63,266 nt of DNA from an uncultured Clostridia bacterium. Its GTDB lineage: Bacteria; Bacillota; Clostridia; TANB77; CAG-465. Below, piece after piece: positions 35,350-45,758 of this stretch. The notes beneath the pieces are model-generated. The model worked only from the letters and a program-made list of their open reading frames with translations, searched no databases and was not told where the DNA came from. The stretch's first letter is position 1. Each line of letters opens with the position of its first letter. The translations under genes and the position numbers were made by a program. The stretch is taken from the NCBI GenBank assembly GCA_947627255.1, contig CANQVI010000003.1, positions 1 through 63,266 on the forward strand, in the 5' to 3' direction.

Positions 35350-36368
35350 TACTCAAAATACTCTACATTTAATGCTTTCATAATATATTGATATGGTTCT
35401 TCTTCATTCTTTTGTAACATATTATTATACCCTGTCATATATATGTATGCAGCCACATTATCTTTTGAGTTTTTTTCAGACTCTAATGTTACTTTTATTT
35501 GTTCAATTAATTCAAAATCTTTAACCTCTTTTGCCTTAGCTATATATGTAGCAATATCTTTAGAAAATTCTTCAATATCTTTTTTTGTTATTTGCTCAAT
35601 TTTTTTAGCAAAGCTAATTGTTAAAGTAGATGTATCATCATACATTATTTTTACATCCATATTATTTTTTTCTATATCTTTTACACTTTCATATATATTA
35701 TTACAAACAGCCCTTAATATTTTTTCATTATACTCATCTTGTACGTTTTTTATATCATTTTTATATACAATAAACCTTGCCAAATTATTGTTATTTAAAG
35801 TATCTTGAGTATAAAATATATATTTTGGATTATTATCTAAGACATACTTACTAGATACTATTTTAAATCTACTACTAGATGAATATTCATTTTTTGTATA
35901 ATTATATAAACTCTTTTTTGCAATATTATAGCTAAATATATCGCCATGAACTATGGCATTAATATCTATTGCAAATATTAAAGTTACAATACACATAGCA
36001 TAATATTTTGCTTTATCTTTAAATTTATTCTTTTTTACTTTATGTTTTTTTATTAATGTATTTAATGAAAAACCAAATATTTCTCCTAAAATACTTACAA
36101 CACCTATTTCAAATGAATTTATTAAATTACTAACTAATTCTGATGGCACTTTTATTTGAAGCATAACTATAGCAAGAAGAAATAAAAAGAAACTTGTCAT
36201 CATTTTCTTTTCAAATACAATGTACCCTAATATTCCTATTAAAAATACAATCGGAATCATATTTATAAATATATTTCCATATAAACAAGTATATATGCCA
36301 ATTACTAATACTATACAGTATAATATTGCTTCTATATATCGTTTTAATATTCCATTTTTCTTTTTCAA
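35349..36368 (-). CDS. Polytopic membrane protein with a C-terminal soluble domain (hypothetical)
   Basis: Four to five TM helices, then about 190 aa of soluble sequence. Its stop overlaps the start of the next gene by 1 nt. Confidence 0.55.
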   Translation of the reverse strand: MKKKNGILKRYIEAILYCIVLVIGIYTCLYGNIFINMIPIVFLIGILGYIVFEKKMMTSFFLFLLAIVMLQIKVPSELVSNLINSFEIGVVSILGEIFGFSLNTLIKKHKVKKNKFKDKAKYYAMCIVTLIFAIDINAIVHGDIFSYNIAKKSLYNYTKNEYSSSSRFKIVSSKYVLDNNPKYIFYTQDTLNNNNLARFIVYKNDIKNVQDEYNEKILRAVCNNIYESVKDIEKNNMDVKIMYDDTSTLTISFAKKIEQITKKDIEEFSKDIATYIAKAKEVKDFELIEQIKVTLESEKNSKDNVAAYIYMTGYNNMLQKNEEEPYQYIMKALNVEYFE

Positions 36369-36496
36369 GGTATCACCTCATTTATTAAATTATATATTAA
36401 ATAAAAAAATATAGCAATTATTATATAAACTATTCTAAAATAATTATAGTATAATTTAACTTTTTTTTAATATATTGTTATGAGGTAATTTTTAAT

Positions 36497-37624
36497 ATGT
36501 TAAAAAAAATATTTATTATATACACTATATTATTAACTATTTTTAGTAAAAATATATTAGCAATAGAAATCTCATCACCTAGTGCAGTTGTAATATGTAG
36601 TGATAGTGGTAGAGTCCTTTTTGATAAAAATTCTACTGAAAAAAGAAAAATGGCATCTTTAACTAAAATTATGACTGCATTATTATTAGTTGAGAACTGT
36701 AAAATGAATGAAAATATAACAATAGATAAAAGAGCAACCCAAATTGGTGGTTCTAAAGCTGGAATAAAAGCAAATGATATAGTAACAGCAGAAAATTTAC
36801 TATATGGTATGCTTCTTCCCTCAGGAAATGACTGTGCTCTTGCAATAGCATATCATATTGGTGGTAGCATAGAAAATTTTGCTAAGATGATGAATAATAA
36901 AGCAAATGAATTAAGACTTGATGACACTCATTTTGCTAATCCACATGGTCTAGATAATGATGAGCATTACACTACTGCTCTTTCTTTAGCATTACTTACT
37001 AAATATGCTCTTTCATATAGTAAAATAAAAGAAGTGGTATCAACAAATGAAAAGGATGTAGTTTTAGGCTCATTTACTAAGCATCTTACTAATACTAATT
37101 CACTTTTAAGGACATATGAAAAAGCAAATGGTGTAAAAACAGGATTTACTAATGGTGCTAATAGATGTTTAATTGCATCTGCCAAAGAAAATGAATTAGA
37201 GTTAATTGCTGTAGTGCTTGGAAGTGAAACATCTTCTATAAGGTTTAAAGATGCAAAAGATATATTAGAAGATACATTTAACAAATACAAGTTATATGAT
37301 ATTTCTAACTTTCTAAATGTATATATTAATATTCCTATTGTAAAAGGAAATATAAAAAATTATATTTCAAGTTTTTCTGATAATAAAAAAGAAGCATTAA
37401 CTGATGAGGAATATAAAAATATATACGTTTCTCAAAATTTTGTAGATAAATTAGAAGCTCCTATTAAAGCAGGTACATACATTGGTACATATAAAGTAAG
37501 TATTGGTGATGAAATACTATATAGTAAAGATTTTTTTACTGAGTATGATATAGCTAAAAATTCTGCAAAAGATTATTTTATACTTTTTATTAAAAATATG
37601 TTTAATAAATTAGAAAAAATATAA
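36497..37624 (+). CDS. D-alanyl-D-alanine carboxypeptidase (peptidase S11)
   Basis: Signal peptide, SLTKIMT (SxxK), PSGND (SxN), KTGFT (KTG) and a C-terminal PBP5-type beta domain. Confidence 0.9.
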   Translation: MLKKIFIIYTILLTIFSKNILAIEISSPSAVVICSDSGRVLFDKNSTEKRKMASLTKIMTALLLVENCKMNENITIDKRATQIGGSKAGIKANDIVTAENLLYGMLLPSGNDCALAIAYHIGGSIENFAKMMNNKANELRLDDTHFANPHGLDNDEHYTTALSLALLTKYALSYSKIKEVVSTNEKDVVLGSFTKHLTNTNSLLRTYEKANGVKTGFTNGANRCLIASAKENELELIAVVLGSETSSIRFKDAKDILEDTFNKYKLYDISNFLNVYINIPIVKGNIKNYISSFSDNKKEALTDEEYKNIYVSQNFVDKLEAPIKAGTYIGTYKVSIGDEILYSKDFFTEYDIAKNSAKDYFILFIKNMFNKLEKI

Positions 37625-37645
37625 GCAGTTTTATAAAACTGCTTA
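37622..37645. terminator. Bidirectional terminator (dac / pheT)
   Basis: AAGCAGTTTT / AT loop / AAAACTGCTT. Confidence 0.65.
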
Positions 37646-37652
37646 TATTATA

Positions 37653-40046
37653 TTATTCATTTATATACATACTATTTTTCTTTAATGCTTCTAACACTAT
37701 TTCTCTTTCGTTATCAATTTGTTCTTTAGTTAGAGTATCAGTATATGAACCAATTACAAATCTTATTGTAACTGTTTTCTTACCAAGCATTTTTTCTATA
37801 TTTTCATATATATCTACAAGAGAATATTCCATTAAATACTGCATATTTGTTTCTTGTATAACTTTTTCTATATCACCATATTTTACATTTTTATCTACTA
37901 TTAAAGATAAGTCAAATGTAACTGTTTGATATTTAGATATCTCTTTATATGAAATATCATTTTTAACAATATTTCCTAATTTATCAATAGCAAGTTCTGC
38001 AACTACTATAGAAGTTTTTGGATTAATTGCATCTTTTATTTTTGGATGAACTACTGAAATATATCCTAAATTTTGGCCTTCAACTATTATGCTAAAGCTA
38101 TTTACAGGATGCATCCAGTTATTTTGTACTAATTCAATATTTTCATATTTAGCATTTAGGTTTCTATTAATTTTTATTATATTATCTATCATAGATTTTA
38201 CTTCATATACAAGTTCTTTTTCTTTAGCTTTAGAACTAGCAACAGCAACTCCTAATATTTTATTTTCTTTTGCATCTTTGCCATCAAATTCATATTCAAA
38301 AGTTCTACCTATTTCAAATACTCTACATTCTGGCATATATTTTAAATTTTTATTTATTGCATAAAGCATAGTTGGTGCCATTTCTCTTCTTAAAGTATTA
38401 TCTAATTTTACAATACCATTAACAATTTTTAAGTTATCTCTAACTTTAATTCCTAATTCTTGATTCATTTCTGTATTATACCATACATAGCTATGTATCT
38501 CAGACATTCCATATTTTGTTGCTAGTAATTCTTTAGAAGCATATTCTAATTCTCTAACTGGGTCTTTTGGAACTGGAGATATTTTCCATAGATTTGTTTT
38601 AGGCTCAATATTATCATATCCATGTATTCTTGCTATTTCCTCTATTATATCTGCTTTTTGACTTACATCTTTTGTAGCTCTAAATGTTGGTACTTCAATT
38701 GTAATATTATCACCATCAACATCTAAACCATATTCTAGATTTTTAAGTGTAGTAGTTATTTCTTGCATTGTTAATACTTTCCCTATACTTCTATCTATGT
38801 AGTCTTTGTCTATATGTATAGTAATATGAGGATATCTTTTTATATATACATCTGTAAAAGCAGATGTTACTTTAATATCTTTATCTTCAGCTTTTAATAT
38901 TTTAATAAATCTAGCTATTGCAAGTTCAGTAAGTTCTGGATCTAGTGTTTTTTCATAACGTGCTGCAGCATCAGTTCTTAAATCTAATTTGCTTGCAGTT
39001 TTTCTTATTGCAACTGCATCAAAATTAGCTGACTCTAAGAATAAAGATGTTGTATTATCTGTTATCTCACTATCAAGACCACCCATAACACCAGCAATTC
39101 CTACAGGTTCATCTTCATGACATATCATAAGTGTTCCTTTATCTAGTAATCTTTCTTGCTTATCTAATGTAGTGAATTTAGTATCTTCTTTTAATGTTCT
39201 TACATTTACACTTCCAACAACTTTTTCATCAAATGCGTGCATTGGTTGTCCTAGTTCTAACATTATATAGTTAGTCATATCTGCAAGTAAATTAATACTT
39301 CTCATTCCACAATAATAAAGTCTTACTTTTACTTTCCAAGATGACATTTTTTTAGTAACATTTTCAACTCTCATTGCACTATATCTTAAGCATAGTGGAT
39401 TATCATCATCTTCTACTTCTACTCCAACTTGAAGTTTTTCCATATCATTATATAATTTTAAATCTTCAACTTCTAATGGTTTTAGTTTTCTTCCAGTAAT
39501 AGCTGCTATTTCTCTTGCTATTCCATAGTGTCCCCATAAATCTGGTCTGTTTGTTAAAGATTTATTATCTACTTCATAAATTACATCTTCAACAGGAATA
39601 ATATTTTTTATATCTTCACCTAGTGGTGCATCATCATCTAAGATTATAATACCTGAATGATCATCACTTACACCAAGTTCTTTTTCAGATAAACACATAC
39701 CATTACTTACTTGACCAGCTAATGTAGCTTGTCCTATTTTTTCACCATTAACTGTACTACCAACTTGTGCAAATACAACTTTTGCACCTACTTTCACATT
39801 TGGTGCTCCACAAATTACTTGTAGCTTTTCTTTTCCAGTATCTACCATTAATTTATGTAATTTCTTTGAATTTTCTACATCTTCTACACTTAATATTTGA
39901 GCTACAATAACTTTATCTATATCTTGACCATATTTTGTAATTCCTTCAACTTCTGCAGTAGACATAGTAAATTTATATATTAACTTTTCTACATCAACAC
40001 CATCTAAATCTACGAAATCTTTTATCCAATTTATTGATATATACAT
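37653..40046 (-). CDS. pheT: Phenylalanine--tRNA ligase beta subunit
   Basis: 797 aa with the tRNA-binding, B3/4, B5 and FDX-ACB domain order, immediately after pheS. Confidence 0.97.
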   Translation of the reverse strand: MYISINWIKDFVDLDGVDVEKLIYKFTMSTAEVEGITKYGQDIDKVIVAQILSVEDVENSKKLHKLMVDTGKEKLQVICGAPNVKVGAKVVFAQVGSTVNGEKIGQATLAGQVSNGMCLSEKELGVSDDHSGIIILDDDAPLGEDIKNIIPVEDVIYEVDNKSLTNRPDLWGHYGIAREIAAITGRKLKPLEVEDLKLYNDMEKLQVGVEVEDDDNPLCLRYSAMRVENVTKKMSSWKVKVRLYYCGMRSINLLADMTNYIMLELGQPMHAFDEKVVGSVNVRTLKEDTKFTTLDKQERLLDKGTLMICHEDEPVGIAGVMGGLDSEITDNTTSLFLESANFDAVAIRKTASKLDLRTDAAARYEKTLDPELTELAIARFIKILKAEDKDIKVTSAFTDVYIKRYPHITIHIDKDYIDRSIGKVLTMQEITTTLKNLEYGLDVDGDNITIEVPTFRATKDVSQKADIIEEIARIHGYDNIEPKTNLWKISPVPKDPVRELEYASKELLATKYGMSEIHSYVWYNTEMNQELGIKVRDNLKIVNGIVKLDNTLRREMAPTMLYAINKNLKYMPECRVFEIGRTFEYEFDGKDAKENKILGVAVASSKAKEKELVYEVKSMIDNIIKINRNLNAKYENIELVQNNWMHPVNSFSIIVEGQNLGYISVVHPKIKDAINPKTSIVVAELAIDKLGNIVKNDISYKEISKYQTVTFDLSLIVDKNVKYGDIEKVIQETNMQYLMEYSLVDIYENIEKMLGKKTVTIRFVIGSYTDTLTKEQIDNEREIVLEALKKNSMYINE

Positions 40047-40058
40047 CTGCTTTTCCTC

Positions 40059-41087
40059 CTACTTAATATTCATTTGCTTTAATATTCTTACATCACAAGA
40101 ATTTAATGCACGTAAATCATTAATATTGTATTTCATCATTGCAAGACGACTAAGTCCAAGTCCGAATGCAAATCCTGAATATTCTTCTGGATCTATTCCA
40201 CCCATTTTAAGTACGTTTGGATGTATCATTCCACAAGGACATAATTCAATCCAGCTTCCACCTTTACATACTTTGCAACCTTTTCCATCACAATATGGGC
40301 ATTTTATATCTAATTCAAATCCTGGCTCAACAAATGGGAAGTATCCAGGTCTTAATCTTACTTCTACATCTTTTTTAAATATTTCTGAAAGCAAAGTCTT
40401 CATAAAATATATAAGATTAGATATAGAAACATTTTTATCTATCATCATACCTTCCATTTGGAAAAATGTGTTTTCATGAGATGCATCTAATGCTTCATTT
40501 CTAAAACATCTTCCTGGGAATATTGCTTTTAAAGGAGCTCCATACTTAAGCATTATCTTATTTTGTGCAGCAGAAGTTTGAGTTTTTAGAAGTTCACCAT
40601 TTTCTAACCAAAATGTATCTTGCATATCTCTTGCTGGATGATATTTTGGAACATTTACTGCTTCGAAGTTATTATATTCAGTTTCTACTTCATTACCATC
40701 TTCAACAGTAAATCCCATACCAGTAAATATATCCTCTAATTCTTTTTGTACTATTGTAATAGGATGAAGAGAACCTATATTATCTTCAACAGGTACTGTT
40801 ATATCTATTTTTTCAGCATTGTTTATTTTCTCATCATATTCTCTTTCTTTAATTTCCTCTTTTTTGTTTTCAATCATTTTTTCTATTTCTTGTCTTAAAA
40901 TATTAGCCTTTTCTCCAACTTCTTTTCTTTTTGATGCTTCTACATTTTTTAAATTTTTAAGGATTTCTATTACTTGTCCTTTTTTTCCTAAATATTCTAC
41001 ACGAATATTCTCAACATCAGTAGCATTTTTAATTTCACTCATTTTCTTTGCTACTTGTTCTTTTAAAAGTGATATTTTTTCTTCCAT
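40059..41087 (-). CDS. pheS: Phenylalanine--tRNA ligase alpha subunit
   Basis: Coiled-coil N-terminus, HPARDMQDTFW, FPGRCFRNE, GFAFGLGLSRLAM. Confidence 0.97.
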   Translation of the reverse strand: MEEKISLLKEQVAKKMSEIKNATDVENIRVEYLGKKGQVIEILKNLKNVEASKRKEVGEKANILRQEIEKMIENKKEEIKEREYDEKINNAEKIDITVPVEDNIGSLHPITIVQKELEDIFTGMGFTVEDGNEVETEYNNFEAVNVPKYHPARDMQDTFWLENGELLKTQTSAAQNKIMLKYGAPLKAIFPGRCFRNEALDASHENTFFQMEGMMIDKNVSISNLIYFMKTLLSEIFKKDVEVRLRPGYFPFVEPGFELDIKCPYCDGKGCKVCKGGSWIELCPCGMIHPNVLKMGGIDPEEYSGFAFGLGLSRLAMMKYNINDLRALNSCDVRILKQMNIK

Positions 41088-41374
41088 TTTAATTTTTCTC
41101 CTTCCTAAAAAAAAGCCACTTCATCCTAAAACTTAGGACGAAATGACTTTAAATTCCGCGTTACCACCTAATTTCATTTAGCTTTATACTAAATGCTCTC
41201 AAAAGCTATTACGGGCACACCCGCTTGTTCCTAATAGTTTCCGTTCAAAACAAGACCTCCAAAGTGAAATTTCAGTAACAGTATATTAGTATGCTTACAG
41301 CCGGTGACATACATTCTCTTTAAATATATTCTCTGCTACCTACTTTGCTTTATCATAGGCTTTCTTTTATCATA
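41088..41374 (-). promoter_or_regulatory. T-box leader (Phe) of pheST
   Basis: Minus strand carries the T-box sequence GGTGGTAACGCG (41157-41168), a 16-bp terminator helix plus U8 (about 41102-41150), a stem I AGAGA element, and a candidate UUC specifier followed by A (41266-41268). Confidence 0.85.
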
Positions 41375-41380
41375 GTTTGA

Positions 41381-41409
41381 ATTATAACACAGATGCAAAT
41401 ATTTGTCAA
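41381..41409 (-). promoter_or_regulatory. Consensus sigma-A promoter of the pheST leader
   Basis: Minus strand TTGACA (41404-41409), 17-nt spacer, TGtTATAAT (-10 at 41381-41386). Confidence 0.65.
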
Positions 41410-41417
41410 ACTATATT

Positions 41418-41882
41418 TTATATACTTTTTCTTAATTTTATTTGATATTCTTCAAATCCTACTTTTTCATAAAAAGCTCTTGCATTATAATTATTACTAA
41501 GTACATTAAGCTCAATAGATGAAAGATTTCTACTTTTGGTCCAATCTTTAGCTTTATCTAATAATTGCTTTCCATATCCTTTTGACCTGTACTCTGGCAA
41601 AATTATAAGTTCATATATAAATGAATAATTATCCTCTTTAAAAGAATCATATTGTTTATATGGTGATTCTCTTTGCTCAATTAAAGCATATCCAATTATC
41701 CTATCATCTTCTTCAACTAAAATATAGTCTGAGCTTACAGCTTTAATCATTGCATTAATAAACTCCTTAGGAAATCCTATAGGATTATAAATATCCTCTT
41801 TCAAATTGTTTAATACTAAAAATAATTCTGTATTTAAATTATATATTTCATCTATATCATTTTCATTTGCAAGTCTTATCAT
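41418..41882 (-). CDS. GNAT family N-acetyltransferase
   Basis: ILPEYRSKGYGKQLLDKA acetyl-CoA binding motif (R/Q-x-x-G-x-G/A), 154 aa. Confidence 0.85.
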   Translation of the reverse strand: MIRLANENDIDEIYNLNTELFLVLNNLKEDIYNPIGFPKEFINAMIKAVSSDYILVEEDDRIIGYALIEQRESPYKQYDSFKEDNYSFIYELIILPEYRSKGYGKQLLDKAKDWTKSRNLSSIELNVLSNNYNARAFYEKVGFEEYQIKLRKSI

Positions 41883-41896
41883 TTTATACCTTCTTA

Positions 41897-42430
41897 TTAT
41901 TTAAAATTTTTTTCAATATATTTTTTATGATTATTATTTATATATACATTACTATTTTCTGCTATTTGAGATAATAGCTTTTTTAATGTGTCATAGGCTA
42001 AATCAAATTGCTCTTTAGTTATATCATTATCTTCTAATGCTTTTTGCAATTCATCTTCATCCCACACTTGTACTAAATCATTTACTTTATCTATTGTTAT
42101 ATCTAAATATAAATCATCATAATATAACCCTTTACCTGTTTCTATTCCTATACCATTTATTATATCTATGTAATATGATATTGTCTGTTTTTTATCATTT
42201 AAAAATACTCTAACACCATAATTTTCATTTTTTGGTAAATATTCTAGCATATAATATCCTTCTTTTAAAAGACATATATTTTTGCCAGTATGAGTTGTAA
42301 TATATGGCTTATCTATACTATTTACTTTCTTTATAACCGAATAACAGTCTAGTTTACTGTCTTCAAATTGCATCATAATATAATTATCTATTCCTCTTAA
42401 ATATGTATTAGTCAAAAATTTTCTTTTCAT
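41897..42430 (-). CDS. DUF402 family protein (nucleoside di/triphosphatase-like)
   Basis: YYIDIINGIG...YYDDLYLDITI...DEDELQKALEDNDITKEQ matches the DUF402 pattern as I recall it. Confidence 0.65.
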   Translation of the reverse strand: MKRKFLTNTYLRGIDNYIMMQFEDSKLDCYSVIKKVNSIDKPYITTHTGKNICLLKEGYYMLEYLPKNENYGVRVFLNDKKQTISYYIDIINGIGIETGKGLYYDDLYLDITIDKVNDLVQVWDEDELQKALEDNDITKEQFDLAYDTLKKLLSQIAENSNVYINNNHKKYIEKNFK

Positions 42431-42457
42431 AAAATCACCTTACAAGCACATTATAGC

Positions 42458-42489
42458 AAAAAAAAATAAAAGCTTCAATAACTGAAGCT
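42458..42489 (-). terminator. Intrinsic terminator
   Basis: AGCTTCA / loop / TGAAGCT followed by a long U-run on the minus strand. Confidence 0.65.
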
Positions 42490-42504
42490 CTTATTTTAAA
42501 ATTA

Positions 42505-42915
42505 CTATTTATTATTTATAGCTACTTGGATAGTTCCATTTTCAAAATCAATCATTTTAACTTTATATGGCATATCATTATCTTCGCTATGAACAGAATA
42601 TCCATTGCTAAAAGTATGACTACCTAAGTACTCAGTACCATTTACAGTTAAAGCATATGGAACTTCATATCCGTTATTGTAATCTTCAGAAGATTTATCA
42701 AAATTTAAGTCTGAATCTATAGTTAAAATTAATGTATTGTCACCATCTTGTACCTTTAAAGATTCTCCAGCTTTTAACCATATTTCTTGTCCTAATGTAC
42801 TTTCTATAGTATTAGAACCTTTAACACTTTTATATATTAAAACGCCTCCTACAACTAAAACAACAATTGCTACTAAAGCTATTATAACTTTAAATTTATT
42901 ATTTTTTCCTTTCAT
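42505..42915 (-). CDS. Membrane-anchored hypothetical protein (136 aa)
   Basis: N-terminal TM helix and a beta-rich ectodomain. No family recognised. Confidence 0.5.
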   Translation of the reverse strand: MKGKNNKFKVIIALVAIVVLVVGGVLIYKSVKGSNTIESTLGQEIWLKAGESLKVQDGDNTLILTIDSDLNFDKSSEDYNNGYEVPYALTVNGTEYLGSHTFSNGYSVHSEDNDMPYKVKMIDFENGTIQVAINNK

Positions 42916-43016
42916 AATATCCTCCTATTTTTTTACAAAATTCTTCTTGCCCTCGTATTATATCACAGTATATCATATAAAACAATAACGCAACAATAAA
43001 AAATAGAAAGAAAATT

Positions 43017-44027
43017 TTATATATTACTCAAATCTTGAATCATATTTTCAATAAATGCTCCATATCCACGCTCCGGATCATCTAAGAATACATGCGTTAT
43101 AGCACCTATTAATTTTCCATCCTGTACTATTGGAGCACCACTCATTCCCTGTACTATTCCACCTGTTTTATCTAGTAGCTCCTGATCTGTAATTTTAATA
43201 GCTATATTTTTATTTCCACTAGAATTTAAATATACCTTTTCTATTTGAATTTCATATTTTCTTTTTATATTATCATCTAAAGTTACATATATGTATGCCT
43301 CTTTAAGCTCAATTTCCTCTTTTTTACCAATTTTTATTACATCATTATCACTATATATTTTTTCATTATCAATATGCCCAAAAATGCCATTTTGAGTGTT
43401 ACAATATATCTGACCTATTGTATCATTAGTTATAGTACCTTTTAACTCACCTGGTACTTTTGCTATACCTTTTTTTATCATATATATGTCAGTTTTAGTA
43501 ATACCACCTGTTGTTATTGGTAAAATATATTGGTTAGCTGTTTCTGTAATAGCGTGGCCTAAAGCAGCAAATTTGCCTGTATCTTTTTCATAAAAAGTTA
43601 TAGTTCCAACACCAGCACTACTATCTTTTACCCAAAGACCTAGCCTATATGTTTTAGTGTTTTCATTTAATTTAGGCTCTACTGCTACATTAATAATTTT
43701 TTCATCTCTAGACACAGTTAGATTTAAAGTCTCACCTATAGTTGCATATTCTTCTAATTCTGCATCAGTTTCAATTTTACAACCATTAACTTCTAAAATG
43801 ATATCACCTATTTTTAAATCTATGTCTTCTCTTTCAACGCCCATTACTAAAACTCCACTAGCAAGTAACTTTATTCCTATTGCCTCTCCACCAACATAGT
43901 ACTCTTTTTCTTTTAGAGAACATTCTACTACATTTTCCTTTAGACTGATAGCAATACAACTAGTAATACTTATTATACCGATTATAGCTATAATAATAAT
44001 TAATAATTTCTTTTTATTTTTAAACAT
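43017..44027 (-). CDS. spoIVB: SpoIVB peptidase (S55) with PDZ domain
   Basis: TM anchor, PDZ (IKIGDIILEVNG), GVGTITFYEKDTGKFAALGHAI and the catalytic GMSGAPIV. Confidence 0.85.
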   Translation of the reverse strand: MFKNKKKLLIIIIAIIGIISITSCIAISLKENVVECSLKEKEYYVGGEAIGIKLLASGVLVMGVEREDIDLKIGDIILEVNGCKIETDAELEEYATIGETLNLTVSRDEKIINVAVEPKLNENTKTYRLGLWVKDSSAGVGTITFYEKDTGKFAALGHAITETANQYILPITTGGITKTDIYMIKKGIAKVPGELKGTITNDTIGQIYCNTQNGIFGHIDNEKIYSDNDVIKIGKKEEIELKEAYIYVTLDDNIKRKYEIQIEKVYLNSSGNKNIAIKITDQELLDKTGGIVQGMSGAPIVQDGKLIGAITHVFLDDPERGYGAFIENMIQDLSNI

Positions 44028-44379
44028 TTACACCTAGAATTCCTCCAACTATTCCTGTTAAAGAACAAATAGCTAAATATATTCCTAATGTATTAGTAAT
44101 ACAAAAACTATTATTTAATATACATGAAATAGCAAAAATAATTAATACACTAATAACGTTTACTATAATGCCATGTATTAAACCATTCTTTTTAATTTTT
44201 TTACACAATATAAATGAAGATATAAATGCAGATATAGCCATAGCTAAAAATACTGCTGATTCTATATATACGTCATTTATATTAGTATAAGCAAAAATTA
44301 GCGATATTATTATTAAAAGTGTAACTATTGCTACAGCAAAACTCATCAATGATATTAAATAACTTTTTAAATATTTCAT
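44020..44379 (-). CDS. Small polytopic membrane protein (TIGR04086/YrzE-like)
   Basis: Four TM helices, 119 aa. Its stop overlaps the spoIVB start by 8 nt. Confidence 0.45.
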   Translation of the reverse strand: MKYLKSYLISLMSFAVAIVTLLIIISLIFAYTNINDVYIESAVFLAMAISAFISSFILCKKIKKNGLIHGIIVNVISVLIIFAISCILNNSFCITNTLGIYLAICSLTGIVGGILGVNV

Positions 44380-44424
44380 TTTTTATCAACCTCAATAAAT
44401 TATATGATAAAATGTTTTTTTTAT

Positions 44425-44457
44425 ACAAAAAAAGATGCTACCCTAAGATAGCATCTT
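44425..44457 (-). terminator. Intrinsic terminator
   Basis: AAGATGCTA / 8-nt loop / TAGCATCTT followed by a U-run on the minus strand. Confidence 0.7.
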
Positions 44458-44473
44458 AATTACATTAATAAAT

Positions 44474-45295
44474 TTATTCTTCCTTTATTGGATTATCATT
44501 TTCAGTAGTAGTTTCTTCTACATTTTCTACTGCTTTAGCTTCTTGTACAGTATCTGCACTTGATTCTACAACAGGATTTTCTGTTTTCTTTCCTGCTAAA
44601 TTCTCGTAAAATACAATACCAGCAACAGCAATATATGGAGCTAAGAATAAATATCCTATTCCACATGTTAATGATGATAATATTGCCCATCCAATAAATG
44701 AAAGTGATAAGCAAATATATTTTACTCTATTACCTTGCATAACTTTAACAGATTGTTCAACAGCTTCTTTTGCAGTCATATTTTCGTTATCAATAGCAAA
44801 ATATTGTGATAGCATAATTAATAATGATTTAGCTATAAGCCAAATAGAACAAGCTATAGTTGCTATTGCCCATATAAATAATAGTACTACAAATGCACCA
44901 GTATCAGCACCAGTAGCTGAAGCAACTATCATAGGTGTAAGAATAGCTACAAGACCTCCTATATATACAAGTAAGAATACTATAAGAGGAACTATTAATT
45001 TTAGTATATTATGTCCAACAATAGCCCATGATCTGCCAAAATTATCAAAACCTAGTTTGAAGAATTCTGTTACACTTTCTGTTTCTCCTCTTTTTAATCT
45101 AATTTGGTTCATAAGGAATCCATATTCTAAAGGAATAGTTACTACAACAGTAACTACAGCACCTACAACAGGTATCATGTTTAAAAGTGCTAATACGGCT
45201 GTTACTATAATGAACAATACATTTAATAGTATAAATTTTCCCCACTTTCCTGATAAGTCTTTTCTAGCTTGTGCTCTAATTTCACTTGCACTCAT
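44474..45295 (-). CDS. DUF975 family membrane protein
   Basis: MSASEIRAQARKDLSGKWGKFILLN start and multiple TM helices typical of DUF975. Confidence 0.75.
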   Translation of the reverse strand: MSASEIRAQARKDLSGKWGKFILLNVLFIIVTAVLALLNMIPVVGAVVTVVVTIPLEYGFLMNQIRLKRGETESVTEFFKLGFDNFGRSWAIVGHNILKLIVPLIVFLLVYIGGLVAILTPMIVASATGADTGAFVVLLFIWAIATIACSIWLIAKSLLIMLSQYFAIDNENMTAKEAVEQSVKVMQGNRVKYICLSLSFIGWAILSSLTCGIGYLFLAPYIAVAGIVFYENLAGKKTENPVVESSADTVQEAKAVENVEETTTENDNPIKEE

Positions 45296-45338
45296 ATATA
45301 AAACCCTCCTTAATTTTTATAAAATAAATTTATCTGTT

Positions 45339-45755
45339 TTATTCTTCAACATCACTTTTAATGACATTATTAGATTGTTTTTTGGAATTTTTCATTTTAT
45401 ACTTTTTCCTTTGGTCATGTGCCTTATCCATTATTTCTCGTCTAATAATAGAGAAATTGTTTAATATTCTTCCACCAAATACAATTATTGCTGCAAGATA
45501 TATTTCTACATTTAAAATTTCTCCTAAATATACAAGAAACATAGCAAAAATGGCATTGAAGAAAAAGCCAGATAAAAATATTTTCATTTTAAAGTTTTTA
45601 CCAGTACTTGCTGCTAAGGCTCCAAATATAGAATCTAGACAAGCAAGTATAGCAACAGCTACATACTGATATGAAGAATATGGTATAACAACATTTTGTC
45701 CTACCAATATTCCTAATAATATAAATACTACTAATATTAAAAGTCCTACTATCAT
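45339..45755 (-). CDS. sbp: Small basic protein Sbp (DUF1290)
   Basis: YVAVAILACLDSIFGA...LSGFFFNAIFA...FGGRILNNFSIIRR, in the conserved position after DUF881 in the dcw cluster. Confidence 0.8.
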   Translation of the reverse strand: MIVGLLILVVFILLGILVGQNVVIPYSSYQYVAVAILACLDSIFGALAASTGKNFKMKIFLSGFFFNAIFAMFLVYLGEILNVEIYLAAIIVFGGRILNNFSIIRREIMDKAHDQRKKYKMKNSKKQSNNVIKSDVEE

Positions 45756-45758
45756 ATT

